64,000 bases of DNA from Chloroflexota bacterium (GTDB taxonomy: Bacteria > Chloroflexota > Dehalococcoidia > DSTF01 > RBG-16-68-14): NCBI GenBank assembly GCA_022565155.1, contig JADFKB010000003.1, forward strand, positions 2,801 through 66,800, in the 5' to 3' direction. This document shows positions 19,081 through 27,022 of this stretch, one piece after another. A program made the translations under genes and the position numbers. Each line of letters begins with the position of its first letter. Position 1 is the first letter of the stretch. Under the pieces are notes generated by a model, which worked only from the letters and a program-made list of their open reading frames with translations, had not been told where the DNA came from and ran no database searches.

Positions 19081-19330
19081 CACGGCCCAGCATACAGAAG
19101 TAGGGAGCAATGGCGAATCCAATAGCTGAGTCGATAGGCTGGAGCCTTGCTGTTTCGTCATGCTGAGCCGTTCGGCTGGGCTCACGCCGAAGCCTGTCCG
19201 CCGGCAGGCGGGCGCAGCGAAGAAACTATCCCTCAATAGAATGAAGTTCGTGTAGGTCGAGGTCTTTAGACCTCGACGGGGCGCCTGCGCAGGTCTATAG
19301 GCCCTCGCCTACGCAAGGGTACGATGCTAG
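19081..19330. repeat. cluster of REP-like intergenic palindromic units
   Basis: A perfect 22-nt palindrome GTCGAGGTCT-TT-AGACCTCGAC (19256..19277) and CCGCCGGCAGGCGG (19198..19211). Related units are at 12611..12660, 21856..21900, 23441..23510 and 59016..59041. Confidence 0.6.
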
Positions 19331-19429
19331 ACTAGCGGTTGTCATGGCAGACAAACTCGCCCCCTACCTGAAGCAGATCGTCCGGCGGAAATTCGCCTCG
19401 CCGCATCGAGTACTGGCGGGAGTGACCGG

Positions 19430-19828
19430 ATGCTGACGCTCGATCGCTCCTACGTGGACGAGATGATCGCCCACGCGCGGGAAGACGTTCCCAACGAATG
19501 CTGCGGCATCATCGCCGCCGACGATGGCACCGCGACGAAGCTCTACCGCGCGGTCAACGCAGAGGCGAGCCCCTATCGCTACAACGTCGACCCGAAAGAC
19601 CTGCTGCGCATCTACCGCGACCTGGATGACCGCGGCTGGGATGTGATGGTCATCTACCACTCGCACACCCATACCGAGGCCTACCCCTCGCCGACGGACA
19701 CCAGCCTGGCCGCCTGGCCGGACGCCTACTACGTCATCGTCTCGCTAGAGGACGAAGCGAACCCCGTCGTCCGCGCCTTCCGTATTATGGACGGAGAGGT
19801 GACCGAGGAAGAGCTTAAGATCTCCTGA
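19430..19828 (+). CDS. mec: JAMM/MPN+ metalloprotease (Mec, CysO-cysteine peptidase family)
   Basis: ..NECCGIIA.. and the JAMM motif HSHTHTEAYPSPTD. Confidence 0.9.
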   Translation: MLTLDRSYVDEMIAHAREDVPNECCGIIAADDGTATKLYRAVNAEASPYRYNVDPKDLLRIYRDLDDRGWDVMVIYHSHTHTEAYPSPTDTSLAAWPDAYYVIVSLEDEANPVVRAFRIMDGEVTEEELKIS

Positions 19829-19836
19829 CCGCCGCC

Positions 19837-20706
19837 ATGGCCCCCACCCCTCTCACCATCGGCTCCCGAACCTTCGTCTGGGGCGAGCGGACGTACATCA
19901 TGGGCGTGATCAACGTCTCACCGGACTCCTTCTCCGGCGATGGCCTGGCCGACGTCGAGGCGGCGGTGGCGCAGGGGCGGCGCTTCGCCGAGGAGGGCGC
20001 GGACATCCTGGACGTCGGCGGCCAATCGACGCGGCCCGGCTTCGAGGAGCTGACGGTAGAAGAAGAGGCTGCCCGTGTCGTGCCGGTGATCGAACAGCTC
20101 GCCGGCGAGCTGGACGTGCCGATCAGCGTCGATACCTACAAGGCTGGCGTGGCGCGGGCGGCGCTGGCGGCGGGAGCGCACCTGCTCAACGACATCTGGG
20201 GCTTTCGCTGCGAGCCGGAGTTAGCAGCCATCGCTGCTGCAGCCGGCGTGCCCGCCGTGATCATGCACAACCAGCGCGGCCGCGAGTTTCATGATGTCAT
20301 CGGCGATGTTACGGCCGGTCTGCAGGCGAGCATCGCCATCGCGGAGGAGGCCGGTCTTGCCCGCGAGCGGCTGATTATCGACCCGGGCTTCGGCTTCGGC
20401 TGGACACCGGAGCAGAATCTCGAACTGCTGCGCCGCCTGGGCGAGCTGCGCCAGCTCAACCTGCCGATTCTCGTGGGCACCTCTCGTAAGTCGGCGATCG
20501 GCGCGGTGCTCGATGACGCGCCTGCCAGCGAGCGGCTGCTGGGCACGGCGGCGACTATCGCGCTGGCGATCGCCGCGGGCGCGGACATCGTCCGCGTCCA
20601 CGATGTCGCCGAGCAGCGGCAGGTAGCGCGGGTGGCCGACGCCATCGTGCGCGGCGTTATCAGTAGGCCGAACCGCCTCCGCGGAGAGACTGACGGCTTG
20701 TCTTGA
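19837..20706 (+). CDS. folP: dihydropteroate synthase
   Basis: IMGVINVSPDSFSGDG, DVGGQSTRPG and GTSRKS motifs. Confidence 0.95.
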   Translation: MAPTPLTIGSRTFVWGERTYIMGVINVSPDSFSGDGLADVEAAVAQGRRFAEEGADILDVGGQSTRPGFEELTVEEEAARVVPVIEQLAGELDVPISVDTYKAGVARAALAAGAHLLNDIWGFRCEPELAAIAAAAGVPAVIMHNQRGREFHDVIGDVTAGLQASIAIAEEAGLARERLIIDPGFGFGWTPEQNLELLRRLGELRQLNLPILVGTSRKSAIGAVLDDAPASERLLGTAATIALAIAAGADIVRVHDVAEQRQVARVADAIVRGVISRPNRLRGETDGLS

Positions 20707-21212
20707 GCGGTACCGATACCGTCGTCTACCTCGGCCTCGGCGCCAACCTGGGCGATAGGCGCGGCACACTAACGGCCGCGCTGCGCGGCATCGAGCCGGC
20801 GGTGCGCGTCAATGCCGTTTCGTCGCTCTACGAGACGGCGCCGGTGGGACCACAGGATCAGCCGGCCTACTACAACGCCGCCTGTCGTGGCGCTACCAGC
20901 ATGACGCCGCGCGCGCTGCTCGATCACGTCAAGGCTGTCGAACGGCAGCTGGGGCGCAGCGAAGGGCCGCGCTGGGGCCCGCGCGAGATCGATATCGATA
21001 TCCTGCTGTTCGGGATTGAAGTGGTCGAAGAAGAAGGGCTGACTGTGCCTCATCTGGAGCTGGCGAACCGAGCCTTCGTGCTCGCGCCGCTGGCGGAGAT
21101 CGCCGCACACCTACTGCATCCATTGCTGGGCAAGTCGATCGAGGAGCTAGCGGCGGCTGTAGACCAGGCGGGTGTGCGGATGGAGGCGGGGCCGGGCTGG
21201 CACCGGATCTAA
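20703..21212 (+). CDS. folK: 2-amino-4-hydroxy-6-hydroxymethyldihydropteridine diphosphokinase
   Basis: VYLGLGANLGDR.., ..WGPREIDIDILL.., ..PHLELANRAFVLAPL. The ATGA overlaps the folP stop. Confidence 0.9.
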   Translation: MSGTDTVVYLGLGANLGDRRGTLTAALRGIEPAVRVNAVSSLYETAPVGPQDQPAYYNAACRGATSMTPRALLDHVKAVERQLGRSEGPRWGPREIDIDILLFGIEVVEEEGLTVPHLELANRAFVLAPLAEIAAHLLHPLLGKSIEELAAAVDQAGVRMEAGPGWHRI

Positions 21213-21442
21213 GCGGAGACCGACTGCGGCTCCTCTTCCATGTCCAGCTCCTCCATGTCGGGCTCCATGTTGATCATGGTGTAGCCGATCCAGAAGAGCA
21301 GGCCAGAAACGGCCGTCGTTGCCGCCAGCACGGGCAGCGCGATAGCTAGGTAGCTTCTGCGCATCACACCCAGGGTAAAGATCAGCATCTGTAGGCCGGA
21401 TACCGCCATCAGGACGGCGCCGATTGTCTGTGAACGTTCCAT
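21209..21442 (-). CDS. small two-TM membrane protein with an acidic C-terminal tail, function unknown
   Basis: 77-aa ORF with two hydrophobic helices and a tail DMEELDMEEEPQ. No recognisable family. Confidence 0.45.
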   Translation of the reverse strand: MERSQTIGAVLMAVSGLQMLIFTLGVMRRSYLAIALPVLAATTAVSGLLFWIGYTMINMEPDMEELDMEEEPQSVSA

Positions 21443-21461
21443 CTTTTCGCCTCCGCGTTGC

Positions 21462-21665
21462 TCAGGAGCTCTTCGCTTCCGCCTCCCGGCGCAGGTCGGG
21501 CGGCAGAAGGTTCGGGATGCCGTCGTCGATGGGGTAGGTTTCGTTGCAGGCGGCGCAGGCGAGCGAACCGCGGATCACCTCGTCCCCCTCTTCCTCATCG
21601 ACGGTGAGCGTTAGCTCGCCCTTGCACATGGGGCAGGCCAGAATATCCATCAAGTCCTTACGCAT
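21462..21665 (-). CDS. Trm112/UPF0434 family zinc-ribbon protein
   Basis: MRKDLMDILACPMCKGEL..LACAACNETYPIDDGIPNLL. ATG at 21665 is preceded by GGAGGAG. The 219-aa track ORF is an upstream over-extension. Confidence 0.8.
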   Translation of the reverse strand: MRKDLMDILACPMCKGELTLTVDEEEGDEVIRGSLACAACNETYPIDDGIPNLLPPDLRREAEAKSS

Positions 21666-21972
21666 GGTATCTCCTCCCAGGTCTTGCGTGACCAAGGCAT
21701 TGTAGGCTTCCGGCGTCCGTCCGTCAATGCGCCGCCATGTCAATGACTCGATCCCTGTTAGTGGGCGGTTTGTACGGTACCGCAGACTGTCCGCCAAAGG
21801 CGGATCCGCCCTCGACAGGATGTCGGCGGCATGGTAGATAAATCTGGAAGTTGCGCCCGCCTGCCGGACGGCCAGGGACTTTAATCCGCGGGCAGGCGGG
21901 TTCATACATGGACGAGATGCCAGGCCGCTCTCTATAATGAGACGCCGCGACAGAAGGAGCGTGGATACGCCG

Positions 21973-22608
21973 ATGACCGCAACGACCGAGCGACATGAGA
22001 TCGACTTGCACCGCCGTGTCTGCCGCGTCCAACCGGACATCGTCGAGATCAAGCCGGCGCGCAGCGCGGCGATCGTGCCGCTGTTCGGATTCCTGCTAGG
22101 CGTATTCGCCTTCACGTCCATCGTACTCTGGAGAGACCAGCTTCCGTTTCAACTCATGCTGGCGCTGATGGGCGTTGCGCTAGTGCTCGTGCCGTTCTCC
22201 GGCATGGGCTTCGTCTACTCGGTCTACGGCTCTAACGTCATCATCGATAAGAACAAGCAGACGGCGGTCTGGCAGCAGGGGATGTTCGGTATGGGCGTCG
22301 GCACGGAGGAGCTGGTGCCCTTCGTCAAGATCGAGCGGATCGAGATCGAAGACGTGAGCCGGGAGCAGCAGGCGGACGGCGTCCAGGAACTCGCTCAGTA
22401 CGAGCTGCGGCTGCTCAAGGTCAGCGGCCGCCGGCTGACGCTGGGCCAAGTGACCGTGCCGCGCGCGATCGCCGCCAGCGGCCTGGCACGCGCCCGCGAG
22501 GTCGCTGGCGCCGTCGCGACGTTGGTGGAGAAGCCGCTGGAGGAGATCGGCATCGAACAGCCGCGCCGGCGGTTCCGCAAGCGGCCGCAAGGCTCGACGG
22601 CAGGCTGA
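21973..22608 (+). CDS. hypothetical membrane protein (two TM helices plus a cytoplasmic domain)
   Basis: ORF in the track (21937..22608). I prefer ATG 21973, which follows GAAGGAG. A TATAAT lies at 21933..21938. Confidence 0.5.
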   Translation: MTATTERHEIDLHRRVCRVQPDIVEIKPARSAAIVPLFGFLLGVFAFTSIVLWRDQLPFQLMLALMGVALVLVPFSGMGFVYSVYGSNVIIDKNKQTAVWQQGMFGMGVGTEELVPFVKIERIEIEDVSREQQADGVQELAQYELRLLKVSGRRLTLGQVTVPRAIAASGLARAREVAGAVATLVEKPLEEIGIEQPRRRFRKRPQGSTAG

Positions 22609-22617
22609 CGTTCCGCT

Positions 22618-23379
22618 ATGGCAGCCGAGCCAACGGCAGATCGCCAACCCGCCCTCAGCTTTATCGTTCCGGCCTACAACGAAGAAGCACGTTTGGGCGA
22701 TTTGCTAGCGCGGCTGATCGGCTTTAGCGCAACGCAGCCTTACGCGATCGAGATCATCGTCGTTGATGACGGCAGCGCCGACGGCACGGCCGCGCTCGTA
22801 CGCGATGCTGGTGGCCAGCCCGCTGCCAGCGTCACGCTCCGCGTTATTCAACACGAGCGGAACCGTGGCAAGGGGGCGGCGGTGCGCACCGGCGCGCTGG
22901 CGGCGGCAGGCGAGACGATCCTCTACATTGACGCCGACCTCGCGACGTCTCCGGAAGAGACGCCGAAGCTGCTAGAGGCGCTGGACGCGGGTGCCGACGT
23001 TGCGATAGGCAGCCGCGTGCGTCCCGGCGGCGGCGATATGCGCGCCTCCCAGCCCGCCTGGCGGCGCATCGGCGGGCGGCTCTTCGCGCTGGTGCGACGC
23101 CGCCTCTTGCTCGCCGATGTCGAAGATACGCAGTGCGGCTTCAAGGCGTTCCGCCGTTCGGCGGCGCAGGCGTTGTTCTCGCGCCAGCAGTTGGACGGCT
23201 GGACGTTCGATGCGGAGTTGCTCTACCTGGCCCAGCGGCTGGGCCTCTCCGTCCGGCAAGTACCTGTCGACTGGCATCACGTCGAGGGCTCGCGCTTCCA
23301 GCTCGGCGCCGGTTCGGCGTTCCGAGAGGTGCGCGACCTGCTGCGCATCCGCTGGCTGCATCGCGGGGTGAAGGCTTAG
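22618..23379 (+). CDS. family 2 glycosyltransferase (polyprenyl-phosphate glycosyltransferase-like)
   Basis: LSFIVPAYNEE.., ..VVDDGSADGT.., ..YIDADL.., ..TQCGFKAF. Confidence 0.85.
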   Translation: MAAEPTADRQPALSFIVPAYNEEARLGDLLARLIGFSATQPYAIEIIVVDDGSADGTAALVRDAGGQPAASVTLRVIQHERNRGKGAAVRTGALAAAGETILYIDADLATSPEETPKLLEALDAGADVAIGSRVRPGGGDMRASQPAWRRIGGRLFALVRRRLLLADVEDTQCGFKAFRRSAAQALFSRQQLDGWTFDAELLYLAQRLGLSVRQVPVDWHHVEGSRFQLGAGSAFREVRDLLRIRWLHRGVKA

Positions 23380-23440
23380 CCAAAGACCGGCACAGAATGA
23401 CACAGATGGCCGCGCGAGTTCATGGCTGGCTGATCTAGAC

Positions 23441-23510
23441 GAGGGTCTTTACCTGCCCGCCGGCAGGCGGGGACCCTCGCTAAGCACCGTCGGGGTCTTA
23501 AGACCCCGAC
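23441..23510. repeat. REP-like nested palindromes
   Basis: GAGGGTC..CCCGCCGGCAGGCGGG..GACCCTC (23441..23478) and the perfect 22-nt palindrome GTCGGGGTCTT-AAGACCCCGAC (23489..23510). Confidence 0.6.
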
Positions 23511-23590
23511 CTGCGCCGATCATCTTTTCTAGTGAAGCATCCGCCTGGCGCTTGCAGGTGCGAGCTCGTTGATTTTCAACCTCTGAATAG

Positions 23591-23620
23591 TTGACACTTG
23601 CGCAACTATGCAAGTATAAT
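23591..23620 (+). promoter_or_regulatory. near-consensus promoter with an operator-like palindrome in the spacer; the predicted transcript is leaderless
   Basis: TTGACA (23591..23596), 18 nt, then TATAAT (23615..23620). The spacer contains ACTTGC-N8-GCAAGT. The ATG at 23628 is 7 nt after the -10 and has no SD. Confidence 0.6.
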
Positions 23621-23627
23621 GCGCCTG

Positions 23628-24002
23628 ATGGCTCTGCAAGTGAGAGAAGCCGGCGAGGCGCGCTACGTCGATCGCGAGCGGACCGCCGCCGTCATTGCCT
23701 CGATGATCGGCCGCGCGACTGCGACCGACGTCGCCGATCTCTTCCGCGTGCTGGCCGACCCGACGCGCGTCTCGATCATCCATGCGCTCTCTGTCTCGGA
23801 GCTCTGCAACGGCGATCTCGCGGCCGTGCTCGAGATTTCGGAGTCGGCTGTCTCCCATCAGATGCGAGAGCTACGGCTGATGAAACTGGTGACTGCAGAA
23901 AAACGAGGCCGGATGGTCTACTACCGGCTGACAGATACGCACATCCGCCATATCTTCGAAGACACGTTGCGCCACGTCCAGGAAGATTCGCGCCCCAGAT
24001 GA
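23628..24002 (+). CDS. ArsR/SmtB family metal-sensing repressor (CzrA/SmtB-like)
   Basis: ..LFRVLADPTRVSIIHALSVSELCNGDLAAVLEISESAVSHQMRELR.. The start is ambiguous (TTG 23598, ATG 23619 or ATG 23628). I prefer 23628 because of the promoter geometry. Confidence 0.8.
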   Translation: MALQVREAGEARYVDRERTAAVIASMIGRATATDVADLFRVLADPTRVSIIHALSVSELCNGDLAAVLEISESAVSHQMRELRLMKLVTAEKRGRMVYYRLTDTHIRHIFEDTLRHVQEDSRPR

Positions 24003-24006
24003 CACC

Positions 24007-24981
24007 ATGATCGATGAGCTAGGGCATAATCGAGCCGCTGGAAGCAGGGCGTTGCTCATCGCGCTCGCGCTGGCCTTGGCCCTGGTCGGGGTGGAGGTCG
24101 CCGGCGGCATCCTGACGAACAGCCTGGCCCTGCTCGCCGACGCCGGACACATGGTCTCGGACGTGGTGGCCGTATCGATTGCGCTCGCCGCGATCTGGAT
24201 GGCGCGCCGCCCCGCCCGTGGCCAGCAGACGTTTGGCTACCAGCGGGCGGAGGTGCTGGCCGCCGCCGCCAACGGGGCGATCCTGCTGCTGGTAGCGGCG
24301 TTCGTCTTCTGGCAGGCGGCGCTGCGCTTCGGTGACCCGCCGGAGGTCGACAGCGGCCCGATGCTCGTCATCGGCGTTGTCGGGCTGCTGGCCAACATCG
24401 CCAGCGCGATCGTGTTGCGACGGCAGGAGGCGCTCAGCCTCAACGTTCGCGCGGCGTTCTACCACGTGTTAGGAGACATGGCGGGTTCGGTAGGCGTGAT
24501 CGTGGCGGGCGCCGTCATGCTGACAACCGGCTGGAACCTGGCCGATCCGCTGGTGAGCGTCGCGATTGGCTTGCTGATTACGTTTGGAGCTGTGCGGCTG
24601 CTGCGGGAGTCGATCGCGGTGCTGTTGGAGACGGCGCCCGCGCACATCGACCCGCAGGAGGTGGCCGGCGCGCTGACGTCGACGGCGGGCGTTACCGGCC
24701 TGCACGATCTGCATATCTGGACGGTGACTTCCGGCCTGGTCGCTCTGAGCTGCCACTGCGAGCTGTCGGGCGACCGCGCCTCCGACGACGTGCTGGCCGA
24801 GCTGTGCGACATGCTCCACGAGCGGTTCGAGATCCACCACGTCACGATCCAGCCGGAGATCGAGCGGCTGCACCGGGCGGATGGTACGCACATGCTGCCG
24901 CGCTGCACAAGCGTCATCGGCCACGAGCATCGGCCGGCGGCTGGCGCTGGCAGCGGCATTGGCATTGGGCCGGGGGCGTGA
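24007..24981 (+). CDS. cation diffusion facilitator family divalent-metal efflux transporter (CzcD/ZitB-like)
   Basis: Six TM helices with LLADAGHMVSD (TM2) and HVLGDMAGS (TM5) metal-site motifs, and a C-terminal cytoplasmic domain with a His-rich end. Confidence 0.9.
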   Translation: MIDELGHNRAAGSRALLIALALALALVGVEVAGGILTNSLALLADAGHMVSDVVAVSIALAAIWMARRPARGQQTFGYQRAEVLAAAANGAILLLVAAFVFWQAALRFGDPPEVDSGPMLVIGVVGLLANIASAIVLRRQEALSLNVRAAFYHVLGDMAGSVGVIVAGAVMLTTGWNLADPLVSVAIGLLITFGAVRLLRESIAVLLETAPAHIDPQEVAGALTSTAGVTGLHDLHIWTVTSGLVALSCHCELSGDRASDDVLAELCDMLHERFEIHHVTIQPEIERLHRADGTHMLPRCTSVIGHEHRPAAGAGSGIGIGPGA

Positions 24982-24985
24982 TCGA

Positions 24986-26848
24986 TTACGAACGCACGAT
25001 CGTCCTGCTGCGCAGGAGCCAGAAGATGGTAGCGATCGCGACGACGATAGCGGCGAGCAGCGCGCCCGCTCCGATCACGCGCAACTTCGCATTGCGGTTT
25101 GCGGCGTCGATCATCGATGCGGCATCGTCCGCGCGCTCGGTCGCGGCCGCGAAGTCGCCGTCGGCGAATGCTTCAGCGGCGGCGAACAGTACCGCGTCCG
25201 GATCCTTGCCGAACAGTCCGATCTCAGTCCAGGCGTCGCGGGGCTCCGCAACCTGGTCGCTGGCGGCCGCATAGCGGTCGAGCGCGGCGGTCATCTCCGC
25301 GATCGCCTGCGCTGCGTCGTCAAACCGCCAGGCGCGGACAAGCTGTTCGATTGCGCCTGGGAGGAGCAAGCCGGCCTCCTCGAGCTTCGGTTCGATCGCG
25401 CGCAACTGTTCGCCGACGAGCCGTCGTTGCTCCAGGATGGGCGCATAGGACGGAGCGAAGACGCGTTCTAGAAAGAGGTCGTCCAACCGTTCGCCGCTGG
25501 CCGCCTCCAGCAGGTCGAGGTAGTGTTCACTATCTATGCCCGTGGCAAGGCTGGCGGCCGCTGCGTTCGCCGCCTGAAGCGACGGCAAGCCGATGCTCGA
25601 CTCCAGCGTCTCGAAGAAGCGCGCCGATTCGAAGTAGCCGGTCGTCTCTACGGCCAGCTCTTCGCCGCTGGCGCCGATAATGAACCGGCTATCCCGCCAC
25701 TCATCGAGCTGGAGATCGACCGGGTCTTCCGGCGCATTGCGTTCCACACTGATGTTCAGGTCGTTCAACTGCTCCGCTGCTCTACGTGCGACGAACTCCG
25801 CCAGCCCTTCCGCCAGCCAGCGCGTCTGATACTGTTCCGTCCAGAGGTGGGCGAACTCGTGCAGGGCGATGCCGTCGTCCGCGACCGGCGAGAGGCCAAT
25901 CGAGCACTGGTCCGCCTGGCAGCCGAACGTGCCCCCGTAGCCGGCGATTGCCTGCTGCCCGCGCTGCGCGATCTCGATCCGGGCGGGGCCGTCGTACGGA
26001 TGGCCGAAGAGCGCCTCCATCACCGGCAGCGCGCGCGCTGCCAGCTCCTGCATCCGCGCCGCCCAGCCCTCTTCGCCGGGGAGGTGGCTGATGACGAGCG
26101 TCACATTGCGGCCCGCGAGCGCCACCGACGATTCGACGCTGGTTAGGGCGTTCACCAGCGTCAGCTCCACCTGAGCGGCGATCTGGATGTACGGGGAGCT
26201 GCCGCACTGGTACGTCCCGTGCGCCGTTCGCGGGCAGGCGAGCGGTTCGATGATCGCCGCCCAGGCCGGGTCATCCGGCGTCATGATGTGCACCGTCGCC
26301 GCGTCACCGCCGACGATCGCGGGCAGGAAGATGTACGCTGGCGTCACCAGCAGCCCTTCGGAGCGCGCCTCCGTCAGCTCGTAGCTGAGCGTGAACGAGT
26401 ATCGCTCGCCGTAGTGCAGCGGGCGGCCGAGCGCGACGGTCGCCAATTCGGCAGGCCCCTCGGATGTTCGCTCTACATCAACGACAAGCGCGCCGCCGTC
26501 CGCGTCGGTGGCTTGCAGATCGCGCGCGCCGCGCAGGACGGGCAGTGAGATCGATTCGTAAGCCAGCCCCGTGCCGAAGTCCGGCGCGAATGTCTCTGGG
26601 TCGTTGTTCTCGAGATCGACCTGCCAGGTGACGCGCACGCCGCCGTGGCCCGGCCGGAGATCGTACGTCACCTCGCTCTCGATACGGAGCAGATCCTCGT
26701 CTGTCTGCGTCGCTCCGGCGCTGCGCGCGTCCGATAGCACGAGCGCGGCCAGCACGATCGCCAGCAGAATCGATACGGAGACGAGCACGGCGAGGTAGAG
26801 GGCGACAGGTCGGCGGCGATCGGCGCGACGTACTCCGGCGGCTGCCAT
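24986..26848 (-). CDS. membrane-anchored putative zinc metallopeptidase (MA clan, Peptidase_MA_2-like)
   Basis: N- and C-terminal TM helices. LHEFAHLW..RWLAEGLAEF fits HExxH plus a downstream WLxEGxA glutamate. Confidence 0.55.
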   Translation of the reverse strand: MAAAGVRRADRRRPVALYLAVLVSVSILLAIVLAALVLSDARSAGATQTDEDLLRIESEVTYDLRPGHGGVRVTWQVDLENNDPETFAPDFGTGLAYESISLPVLRGARDLQATDADGGALVVDVERTSEGPAELATVALGRPLHYGERYSFTLSYELTEARSEGLLVTPAYIFLPAIVGGDAATVHIMTPDDPAWAAIIEPLACPRTAHGTYQCGSSPYIQIAAQVELTLVNALTSVESSVALAGRNVTLVISHLPGEEGWAARMQELAARALPVMEALFGHPYDGPARIEIAQRGQQAIAGYGGTFGCQADQCSIGLSPVADDGIALHEFAHLWTEQYQTRWLAEGLAEFVARRAAEQLNDLNISVERNAPEDPVDLQLDEWRDSRFIIGASGEELAVETTGYFESARFFETLESSIGLPSLQAANAAAASLATGIDSEHYLDLLEAASGERLDDLFLERVFAPSYAPILEQRRLVGEQLRAIEPKLEEAGLLLPGAIEQLVRAWRFDDAAQAIAEMTAALDRYAAASDQVAEPRDAWTEIGLFGKDPDAVLFAAAEAFADGDFAAATERADDAASMIDAANRNAKLRVIGAGALLAAIVVAIATIFWLLRSRTIVRS

Positions 26849-27022
26849 ACTTCTTAGAATAGCAGTCTACGCCCGTAAGATGCGGACAAACGTTTGCTAG
26901 AGCGTTGTAACACCTGTTAGACTGAACTCGCTGGGAGTTGACACGACGGAGTAGCGCTTCATCGACAGTCAAACCGGCCTCCATCTCATCGGATCGCGCG
27001 GGCCTGCCAGCCGGAGGCGCGT

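Noticed and set aside
21666-22121. The upstream 152 codons of the 219-aa ORF containing the Trm112-like protein
   Set aside because: Only the last 67 codons show the zinc-ribbon family pattern, and they have their own SD and ATG. The upstream part overlaps REP-like palindromes and the divergent promoter region.
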